Assembly (NCBI RefSeq): GCF_001194135.2
Contig: NC_068983.1
Coordinates: 77,139,571 to 77,203,570, forward strand
Source of the DNA: Octopus bimaculoides
Taxonomy: Eukaryota
Reading direction: 5' to 3'
DNA length: 64,000 nucleotides
Part shown: piece by piece, positions 53,533 through 64,000 of the stretch
How positions within the stretch are numbered: the first letter of the stretch is position 1
Layout of the letters: every line of letters begins with the position of its first letter
The notes under the pieces: generated by a model
The model's input: the letters and a program-made list of their open reading frames with translations, nothing else
What the model was told of the DNA's origin: nothing
Databases searched by the model: none
Translations under genes and position numbers: made by a program

Positions 53533-53699
53533 AACATGTAGAAACATGTTTTTCGATTCGATTGCAACTTGAATACGTCTCAAACAGAATAAAACTGCAA
53601 TCTTGCGTTATTTTCGGTGTATATGTACCTTGATGAGAATATTGAGCATATACTTTCATTGAAAATTACATCAAATTATTTTCATGGAAGACTAAAATG

Positions 53700-54050
53700 T
53701 AGCTTTAGTTCAAATTATTTTCGGACAGTATAGTAAATGACAAATTTGAAATACACGACTGGAGACATTTCGGAGCCGAGTGTGAATGTGATTTTACCGC
53801 TCGATACAAGCAGGTGTTTTATGTAGGAATATAAACAGGTTCTAAAACTCTAAGTACACTGTTCAAATGATATAAAACTATCATTGCTCTTGCGTTGACA
53901 TACTCTTCATAAAAATCCTGCAGCTTCATGTATTTTATATTAGTTTGTTTATTCTTTCCCCAATGTATTTCCTGCATTACAAGAGTTAGCAACATATGTG
54001 TGAAATGGATGAATTAATAAAAAGCGGATTGAATGTAAACTGTTGAAACA
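53700..54050 (-). pseudogene. Decayed Ig-end/FN3 fragment
   Basis: YVANSCNAGNTLG (53958-53996; Ig C.a.N.lG) followed by FN3-like FKFVIYY (53729-53750). Confidence 0.45.
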
Positions 54051-54344
54051 GTGATGTAATCTATATTTCAAAAGCTCGTTGCTCATACATCATATAATTA
54101 CATTAAAAGCAAGTACACATACGCGCGAATGCGAAGATCGCATACGCACAGTCGCACACTCACACGAAAAATAGGGCTTACGAAAATCATTTTTACTAAT
54201 GTAATTCCCGCAAAATCATTATAGGCTCTGGTACTAAGATGTTTTTATGCATGCGTGCAGTCAAACGCAAACATTCACATATTTATGTATGAATAAGGAT
54301 ATGTATATATATATATATATACAACGCATATATGTACACACACA

Positions 54345-54390
<46 letters not shown>

Positions 54391-55163
54391 NNNNNNNNNN
54401 NNNNNNNNNNNNNNNNNNNNNNNNNNNNNNNNNNNNNNNNNNNNNNNNNNNNNNNNNNNNNNNNNNNNNNNNNNNNNNNNNNNNNNNNNNNNNNNNNNNN
54501 NNNNNNNNNNNNNNNNNNNNNNNNNNNNNNNNNNNNNNNNNNNNNNNNNNNNNNNNNNNNNNNNNNNNNNNNNNNNNNNNNNNNNNNNNNNNNNNNNNNN
54601 NNNNNNNNNNTATATATATATATATATATATATATTATTTATATATGTGTGTTCACATACCTTACATTTATCATCGTCACCATCATCAGCGTCATCTTAA
54701 TACCATCAATACCATTAAACAGTTTCACGCTTATTTTCCACGTTTCATTTCTGGCGATTTTTACCTGCTTGGCATCAAGTTTCACCTTTTAATGGAATTT
54801 CATCAAAGTACGTCAACGAGCATGAATATAATGGTGTGAGACATTTAAAAAGATTCTGTGACCAAAAGTCAGAATAGAATCATAAAATATGTATAGAATT
54901 AAATACCACGTTAAAAAAATAGTATCAAGGAAATAATCATAAAATTTTATAGACGAATGAGTCTCTTCTCTTTTATTTTCTGTATTTGGAAATTCTATTT
55001 CCTTCCAAAGATAGGTTATGATGTAATAAAATATTTCTAAAAACAACTATTGCTAAAAGCTTCCTTTGACTATTCAGACTGAAGCTTTAACACACACACT
55101 CACACGCACACACGTACGCAGGCACACACACAAATACACACGTACAGACAAACATATATATGC

Positions 55164-55246
<83 letters not shown>

Positions 55247-56243
55247 TATAGATGTGTGTATGAATGCATACATGTGAATATACATTTAAATGTTTATATG
55301 TATATATGTATATATGTGTGCGTATATACATATACATATGCGTGTCTTTAGTGATAATGCACATGCATCGATTTAAACTTATATATGTATTCATACATGT
55401 ACGTGTGCATGTATAGATGGATGGATAATAACAAATTAATTTCTTGAAACACTTTTACAAATAACTTCTGGCATGTTGAAGCCTTGTCATGTACCAATGT
55501 GTTCAGCTGTAGGATGAATAATTATGACAGTGATGATAACGACAAATGAACGTCTGTTGATATTGGAATTCTTAACAAAAATATCTAAATATACGCATGA
55601 GAACAAATTTTCAACTACATTAATTTCATTTGATGCATAAACTCAAATAACTGCAATGCGTTGTGTAGAGGAGAAATATGAAGTAATTATTGTAACTGCT
55701 TTCATCTAAGTTTCAGATATATAATGAAAGAGGATAATACTATAGTTAAGCAAATGATAACTTCACTCTAATATAAAGCTTGAGGGTGACGGTTAAATCC
55801 TAGCATATTTCCAGACAGTCTGAAATATAAATGAAAACGATTTTCTTTCTCCGGAATGTGGGCATACCACTATTCTGTGGAGGGAAGATCGTATTTCTAG
55901 CAAATTACCCTCTACACTCTAAGAGCGAACATACTATACGAAACGTCTGTAACATTTTTCTGGCCAGTAAACGATAAAGTGGTGCACACTCTCACTATCC
56001 TATCCGCGTATTCTGCACAATGGTAACAGACGGCTGGTTGATATGGTACTTGACAGAATGTGTTGTCAAATCCTACTCTTAGGCACAAAGATCATCCCTT
56101 CGCTATCTTTCTTCAGCTACCCATTCCACTATCTTCCTTCAACAACACATTCCGCTATCTTTCTTCAATTACCCGCGCTGCAACCAGCTCCATGACATGT
56201 GTCGCGCCAGCTTCTGTGCTTCGTGCGAAAACCCTGCGTGTAA

Positions 56244-56705
56244 GTATTATTATTACTGAGTGAGAGAGCAATGTATGCATGAACGTAACACTGGGGTAAA
56301 ATATACGACGACCAGTATACACATCATGACTACCCGTATGATGAAGGTACACCAGGCACGACATGGTGATCTCATATCAAGATACACAGCTCATTACCTT
56401 GTAGGTGGGGCCCAGTTAGAAATTTCTTTCAGGTCAAGTAGCCCATCCGGCTTAAAAGGTCCATAGAGAAAGGCTGTTTAAATACGTTGAACGAAACACC
56501 CATGTTTCCAGAGGTGAATTAACCACACCCCGAAGAATTCCTCTCAAAGCAAGGCTATTCTGATCCCCAACTACTTCTGCTCGTGATAAGAGATGCATAT
56601 ATCGTCAGCCACTAAACCGTATCGTCAACTGGTTAAAAATCAAACAAGTGACAAGTAACTCTGTGATATTGAGCAGAATATTTGCTGTAGCCCATCTTTT
56701 ATACC
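56244..56705 (-). mobile_element. Interspersed repeat with (AAT) tail, possibly 3' derivative of an R4-like LINE
   Basis: Reverse complement begins after (ATG)n with GGGCTACAGCAAATATTCTG (WATANIL, similar to R4 C-terminal TAxIL) and ends CTCTCACTCAGTAATAATAAT. Confidence 0.45.
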
Positions 56706-56708
56706 AAT

Positions 56709-56816
56709 ACATCATCATCATCATCATTGTCATCATCATCATTGTCATCATCATCATCAACATCATCATCGTCGACATCATCATCATCCTCATCATCATC
56801 ATCATCATCATCATCC

Positions 56817-56877
<61 letters not shown>

Positions 56878-56895
56878 TATTATTATTATTATTAT
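56709..56895. repeat. (ATC)n then (ATT)n microsatellite
   Basis: Direct reading. Confidence 0.95.
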
Positions 56896-57089
56896 TTTAC
56901 TGTTTACAGCCAGCAGACTAATATGATACTTGTTTATGGGTCCTACTGCAAGAACCCTGCGAAGAATTCTGTTTGTGGTTCAGTGATGATACTTCTAAAT
57001 GCATGAATTACTATTGGATTCACGTCTGTTCTCTTCATTGACCACAACCACCGTATTTTCCACTTGAAATTATCCTCTGTAATACGGAC

Positions 57090-58120
57090 CATCATATGAT
57101 CGGTTTAGGAATGACATTATCCAACTGATGACAAGTTTCAGTCTTAGCATAACTACAGATACCAACCTGACGGTTGTCAATTGCCTGGATGTATCCTTAG
57201 ATCTAAATAAGAATATTTATATAACTTATAGGAAGCCCAACGGTAGACGTAGTTATATTAACGTGGGTTCCTGCCACCCCCCCCCATAATGTTTAAAACT
57301 TCAGTTAAAAACTTTAGCAAGAGAATTTCTACACTCTCCTCCAATAGGGACATTTTTGATAGCGTTGCCCTAGTATATAATAAGGCTCTAAAAGATAGTG
57401 GATTTAGCGAGGAAATAACCTTTACACCTGCCACCAGTCCAATAATAAAGAAAAGAAAACATAGGACTATGAAGTCTATCTGGTTCACACACCCCTACTC
57501 ACTCAAAGTGACTTCTAATAGAGGCAAGTATTTCTTAGCACTGATAGATAGACATTTCCAGTCAACCATAGTTACAGAAAGCTCTTCAATAGCCATAACT
57601 TAAAAATCAGTTTCATCTCAACTACTAATTTAAAAAATATAATCGCACACAACACACAAATACCACAAAATTAAACCAGCTGTTCATGCAGGGATAACAC
57701 TTTCTGCTCGCTAAATGGAGCCTCCATGTCGGAGACCATCATTTATGAAGCGAGTGTGGACTATATATCCACTAAGGACACGGTTTCGACGAAGAAATAC
57801 GGGGGCTTTACAGAGGGTAATTTCAAGGGCAGTTTCAATAATTACACCTTGAGCTTCAGGAACTGGGATAAAAGGAAAACGACCAAATTATCCAGTCATA
57901 TATTGTCCTTAAAAGATAGAGGTGTCAGTTACAACATCCATTGGACGATCTTAGCCAAGTGTAAGCCCTACACCAACGGCAGTGGAAAGTGCGGTGTTTG
58001 CGATTTGGAAAGATGGCTCATCTGGAAAAGCAGCTAAGACCTTGCCACATGTCTAAATTCAAGAACTGAACTTTTCAGATTATGTCCACAAGTGGCTAAA
58101 TATTTGTTACGTTTTTGATC
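57090..58120 (+). mobile_element. Penelope-like element, RT C-terminus plus GIY-YIG endonuclease
   Basis: VNCLDVSLDL..YRKPN..YINVGSCHP, KRISTLSSN..YNKALKDSGF, IIYEASV..KKYGGFTEGNFK..TKLSSHI..WTILAKCKPY..KCGVCDLE. Confidence 0.9.
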
Positions 58121-58467
58121 CCGGCGAGATCACAGATAGGACTTGCTTTTTTATATTGTGTCCACGTACAAGCTTTCTATCTCTCTATACTTTTTATTTA
58201 TATTTCTTATATATTTTTATGTATATTTTTACATATTTATAGAGATATTGTTCTTTAGTTTTATTGCTCATATATTGTCTACTCATTTTTCTGTATTTTA
58301 CCTTCCACCCTGCATTTTTCATGTGCGTATATAGACGCGTATTTNNNNNNNNNNNNNNNNNNNNNNNNNNNNNNNNNNNNNNNNNNNNNNNNNNNNNNNN
58401 NNNNNNNNNNNNNNNNNNNNNNNNNNNNNNNNNNNNNNNNNNNNNNNNNNNNNNNNNNNNNNNNNNN

Positions 58468-58539
<72 letters not shown>

Positions 58540-59780
58540 TGCGTGCGTGTGTGTGTGTATTTACCAATTGAATATATATATATATTATTTCGTTTCTTGG
58601 TTATATAAATAATGTTCTCTTCACTGCGAAATGCCCTATTGCATTTGAACAATTCATCTTTACTCGAAATAATAATTTGTTTATTTTCAATTCAAAGCAT
58701 CTATCTATATACGTACCTGCTGGATTTGTCGTGCATGGCACTATCCTATATTAACGGCTCTACTGAAAACTGTACAACTTGCAGGTTTCGTTTCGTTTGT
58801 ATATACATAACAAATTTTAAACTATTCGCTGTTCAAGTAAATATTTTGCCCTAAGTCATTTACATGAAACTTGTAGATCGCGACTCACGTGTATAGTTAA
58901 TTACTTCGAGAAGCTATAAGATGTGCCTGTAACATAATTTATGGTGCTAGATAACGTGATGTGTTTATACAGGAAGCGTATTCGCAGGCTACATTAAGAA
59001 TTATAGATTATATTGATGTGAGGCAGAGGACAAATCATTGATTAAATTTGGAAACAGCTTTCACTATTTGAAGTATATAGGAAATGCTTGCATTTTCACC
59101 ACCTTGTCATGTGATTTGAATAATGATCCAGTATTGATTATAAAATGTTGTTTGTGAAGTATCACGATTAGATGTAGAAATTGAATAAAATGACACACTG
59201 TTTTGAAATTATGTCATCTGAAGTAGGAAATGAATTTTAATGAGGATATAGTAACAGTTATCATTTACTAAGTATTCGGTCGAATTTTATTCTGCTGAAG
59301 AACAACAGAATTGCATGAATGTATTGTCAAGTCTTTATATGATTAAGAGATAAATAAAAAGTTAAATAGACATAATTTCAAGCTTAGCTTATCATGTGCT
59401 GACATTTATGTTGTGCATAACTGTCTGACACTGATATATATATATATGCACTGTATAGAATAAGAAACTTGCTTTTCGTTCAATTAAAATATACGGGTTA
59501 AGTATATTGCTATGTGTTAAATAAATAAAATTCCCAATATACTTTGTGAATTGCTGAAGCGTTTTTGCAACTGCTTCTAAGAAATTCGGAATTGGTGAAC
59601 TTACTGAGGTCTTCAACGGATGATTAGCAGATGAGGAAGGTTGTATACAGTCTGCCAGATACAAAGAACAGCCAGATTGTGTTAAATTCCCAATACATAT
59701 CTTCTAATAGGAAACTATATACTGGATAAAGGGGTTCATGATGACGTGTATAGGTGCGTGCGTGTGTGTATATGTGTGTT

Positions 59781-59817
<37 letters not shown>

Positions 59818-60165
59818 NNNNNNNNNNNNNNNNNNNNNNNNNNNNNNNNNNNNNNNNNNNNNNNNNNNNNNNNNNNNNNNNNNNNNNNNNNNNNNNNNNN
59901 NNNNNNNNNNNNNNNNNNNNNNNNNNNNNNNNNNNNNNNNNNNNNNNNNNNNNNNNNNNNNNNNNNNNNNNNNNNNNNNNNNNNNNNNNNNNNNNNNNNN
60001 NNNNNNNNNNNNNNNNNNNNNNNNNNNNNNNNNNNNNNNNNNNNNNNNNNNNNNNNNNNNNNNNNNNNNNNNNNNNNNNNNNNNNNNNNNNNNNNNNNNN
60101 NNNNNNNNNNNNNNNNNNNNNNNNNNNNNNNNNNNNNNNNNNNNNNNNNNNNNNNNNNNNNNNNN

Positions 60166-60206
<41 letters not shown>

Positions 60207-60690
60207 TACATACACGCACGCATACATGCACACCGCTCCAACAAACGGAACACATATATGCACATGTACACACAGCAACCTGACAAAAATACCATACACA
60301 TACACATGCATACACACATATAGGCATGTACACACTCACTACCCTGACATACTCTGGCACACACATGCTCACATACACTTAAACGCAAATACACACCATT
60401 CTTTATTTATGTCATACGTATAAACGAACTCGGAACCTTTTTATCACTCGTCAACTACATCGTCACCTGTGTCGATCAGCCACCCACACTGTTTTTACAT
60501 CTGAAAAAGAATACTGGAGGACAATGGCATTTAAGGGATATATCCTTAACATTTATCATTTCTGGATAAAAGGAAGATTTTTATATAGAAGAATTGGAAT
60601 TTTATTTATAACTGCCACACTCTAGCCAGATGCAAAACCTTTAAATGTGAGATTCGAAAACTCTAAATGGTCTGTTACACACTGTATCTT

Positions 60691-60971
60691 CTTGTCAAAG
60701 ACGCTATTACTTCATCGAGATATATTCATGTAAACTAATTTTCATTTTATTATTATAAGACAAACATTACCTGGTCTGAATGTTTTATTATAAACTAATT
60801 CTTGACTGATCACACAGGATACACATAATTTATCCTCTTGTCAAAAGGTCTATTTACTTAATGGGGGTATATCCATGTAACCTATTTTTTTCTTCTTATC
60901 ATTATAAAAAAATATAACTTGATCTATTTTTTTTTATGTAAACTATTTTTTGCTCATCACACATGATACAC
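60691..60971. repeat. Old tandem duplication, period ~146 bp
   Basis: CTTGTCAAA..CATGTAA.CTA..ATCACACA.GATACAC occurs at 60691-60824 and 60837-60971. Confidence 0.75.
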
Positions 60972-61682
60972 GAAGCATCAAGCCTTTTCCTATAATAGTC
61001 AAAGTTTCTATCAATTAATTTGAATACAGTTTAGTAAATTAATTTTTGACTTCACACTTTACTTTTGAAAATCTTTTTAAATAAGTGAAACCGTTTAAGT
61101 CAATAATTGCTCTTAAGTGAGTCCTGCATTGTCCGATATTTCTCCGTGTATATATATATATANNNNNNNNNNNNNNNNNNNNNNNNNNNNNNNNNNNNNN
61201 NNNNNNNNNNNNNNNNNNNNNNNNNNNNNNNNNNNNNNNNNNNNNNNNNNNNNNNNNNNNNNNNNNNNNNNNNNNNNNNNNNNNNNNNNNNNNNNNNNNN
61301 NNNNNNNNNNNNNNNNNNNNNNNNNNNNNNNNNNNNNNNNNNNNNNNNNNNNNNNNNNNNNNNNNNNNNNNNNNNNNNNNNNNNNNNNNNNNNNNNNNNN
61401 NNNNNNNNNNNNNNNNNNNNNNNNNNNNNNNNNNNNNNNNNNNNNNNNNNNNNNNNNNNNNNNNNNNNNNNNNNNNNNNNNNNNNNNNNNNNNNNNNNNN
61501 NNNNNNNNNNNNNNNNNNNNNNNNNNNNNNNNNNNNNNNNNNNNNNNNNNNNNNNNNNNNNNNNNNNNNNNNNNNNNNNNNNNNNNNNNNNNNNNNNNNN
61601 NNNNNNNNNNNNNNNNNNNNNNNNNNNNNNNNNNNNNNNNNNNNNNNNNNNNNNNNNNNNNNNNNNNNNNNNNNNNNNNNNN

Positions 61683-61724
<42 letters not shown>

Positions 61725-61789
61725 TGTGTGTGTGTGTGTGTATACCTGTGCATGCATGTAGGCATGTATCAACATAAACTTGTCAGAAT

Positions 61790-61990
61790 GTGAGTCTCTT
61801 CGATCGGGGCAGAAAGAAAGACGAGAATAGCAACCTGGGAATTTTGTAACTGAACAAAAATATTTGCCATTCCACCTATTCATAATCAATTTATGGCAAT
61901 GGATATAGTATAATTCTCAGGAAAAATAAGTGGGTTTAAGAGGAAAATGTGATAAATTAGTAATTTATCACTAACCAAACAACATGTATT
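61790..61990 (-). pseudogene. Decayed Ig-domain fragment
   Basis: NRWNGKYFCSVTKFPG (61833-61880) fits the Ig F-strand D.G.Y.C motif. Confidence 0.4.
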
Positions 61991-62117
61991 AAATTTATTT
62001 GGAACTTGTTTTTTAAAGCTACCCAGTCGTTCGAAGCGATTACATTATTTTCTGAATATATAATAGTAGCTCATTTGATGCAGTTAATGCCAATATATAA
62101 AACGTCCACATTTTATA

Positions 62118-62967
62118 CGATATAGTATCAAAACTTTCTTTGACTAGTTATGTTTAATGAAAAATAAAATTATTTACCTAAGTTTTAAAATCATCTCCGA
62201 AATAGTCATCTTGTGCAATTATGCACCCGTCCCAGCGTTCTTGCCACTTTTGGAGTCCTCGTTTTCTTAAGCGTGTCGAGTATCTTCGGCTGTTCGATCT
62301 TGATCTCCACAATAGTGTTAAAACGGTGACCTTTGAGCTGCTGTTTCATCTAGGGGGAAGAGAGGGAAGTCTGCAGGTAATACAACTGGCGAATCAACGG
62401 GTACGAGAGTGATGCCATGTTGATTTTAGCGATAAACTCATGAGTGAGGAGAGCTCGGTGTTAGAGTGCATGGTCATCGTCAACAATCCAATCCTTCGCA
62501 TTCCACAGATCCGTTTGCACCGAATATCCTTCCTCAAGCGTTTCAAAACGTCACAGTAAAATTCTCGATTGATTTTCTGGCATGGGCGACATATTCTCGA
62601 TGTATAATACCGCGGCTGTCGAAGAAAACGATGAGTAGGTACTTCATTCAGCTGAAGCTCTAGCATGGAGATCAAGGGCTCCTCGATAATGACGACTGCT
62701 GTTTTACCCGTAGCAGTATTCCCAAGTTTAACGCAAAGTTTCACGTTGGCTCTTTGTTCCAACTTGCAGTCCATGAAAATGTCGAAGGCTACAGCATACA
62801 AGTGATCACAAAAACACAAATTTCACAACTTGCGAAGTAAACACAATGCTGTCGCTTGTTACACTGCCGCATGAGGGATTTTGCTAGCTCTTATCCCACA
62901 TACACTGTTTGCTGCTATATGTTGTCGAGCTACAGAACTAGTCCGAGGACGTTTTGATAACACTTTG
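62118..62967 (-). mobile_element. Internally deleted mariner element with both TIRs and TA TSD
   Basis: TIRs CGATATAGTATCAAAACTTTCTTTGACTAGTT vs CAAAGTGTTATCAAAACGTCCTCGGACTAGTT, TA on both sides. MDCKLEQRANVKLCVKLG joined to FYCDVLKRLRKDIR..QERWDGCIIAQDDYF. Confidence 0.85.
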
Positions 62968-63373
62968 TACAGTACAGTAAAATGAAATGTCTAGATTGAA
63001 TTGCAGTCTAATCAAGATCAGTGTATGTATAAATACAATAGATGTGAATCATGGAGATTTCTAGATTTTCTGCTCTTAAATTTTCTTGAGAATGTATGTC
63101 ATCTGATAATACAGAACATATCGCTTACTTTTCCGTTTATGTGTTCTTAACATATTATATTCAACAAATCCTGGATAATTAGATCCAATTTGCCCTCTGC
63201 TCTCAGATAACTAACGGGTCTAATATTTATTCAATCAAATCATAATTTTTTTAACCAAATATATGAACAGCTCGTTAATACATACGTGGAAGAAATCATG
63301 ATTTAGAAGGAAAAATTATTTTAACTAATATTTTTTGTATACAAACATATATAGACACTTTATGGGGAATATT

Positions 63374-63588
63374 GGTTTCAAATTTTAGCACAAAGCCAGC
63401 AATTTCAGGGTTAGGGATAAATCGATTATATCGGTCTCAGTATTCAACTGCTACTTATTTTCTCGATCCGGAAAGAATGAAAGGAAAACTCAACCTCGGC
63501 AGAATTTCAACGCAGAACGTAAAGACGGACGACATGCCGCTAAGCATATTGCCTGGTGTGTTAACGATTCTGCCAGTTCACCGCCTTA
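63374..63588 (-). mobile_element. SINE family B copy
   Basis: Reverse complement AAGGCGGTGAACTGGCAGAATCGTTAAC..TTCCTTTCATTCTTTCCGGATCGAGAAAATAAGTAGCAG, flanked by AATATT. Confidence 0.85.
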
Positions 63589-64000
63589 AATAATAAGAAA
63601 TATTCTAAAGAAGTTTGATTATAAGTGATGAAAAATTGTCTTGTAAACAAAAAATTAGAGAAGACTAATTTGAAGGGAAAGAATAACAGTCACTGAAATA
63701 GATATGAATTAGGGAAAATATCCGGCATCGTCGCAGTTTATATTTCAACTGATATCTTAAAAGTATACGCCATGAATTAAGCATCTGCAAATATTTTATC
63801 TAGCAATTATTCTGTTGATGACTGTTGATGACTGTTGATGTAGTTGCGCATGTTTCTTCTTAAATTATGATTCGATATATATATTGTGATCATTTTTCCT
63901 ATTCCCATCTTTTCTACCATCGGCTCGTTCATTCTTTTAAAATCACCACCATTGATGCTATATTTTACATTTCTAATTTTATTTTTATTGAATCACATAA

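Larger units (their letters stand above)
55450..59720 (-). pseudogene. Decayed Ig(V)-Ig(C2)..FN3-FN3-TM receptor gene split by Penelope and other repeats
   Basis: CIGNLTQSGCSLYLAD (59650-59697), HDKVVK/C (59090-59111), YSFQ/RAVNIG (58744-58774), TVWK/GFNRHPQ (55780-55820), VYASNE (55625-55642), hydrophobic SFVVIITVIII (55514-55549). Confidence 0.6.

Overview
AT-rich, microsatellite-dense animal DNA with 10 assembly gaps (~4 kb of N), almost all abutting (TA)n or (CA)n tracts. The SINE families look like those of octopods, so an Octopus-like cephalopod is inferred. No intact protein-coding gene, rRNA, true tRNA or CRISPR array can be supported. The dominant hidden structure is a window-long series of about 12 heavily decayed fragments of a paralogous cell-surface receptor family with Ig(V)-Ig(C2)-Ig(n)-FN3(n)-TM architecture (nephrin/Kirre/Sidestep-like). 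They were recognised by hand translation across stops and frameshifts, and nearly all lie on the minus strand. Between and within them are TE remnants: two Penelope-like elements, several R4/Dong-like LINE pieces, RTE-like pieces, a Gypsy integrase, a Helitron, two mariners, three tRNA-derived SINE families and a MITE-like element. One SINE-like element carries an apparently complete minimal hammerhead ribozyme of the Penelope type. All Ig/FN3 calls rest on motif recognition without HMM scores and need computational confirmation.
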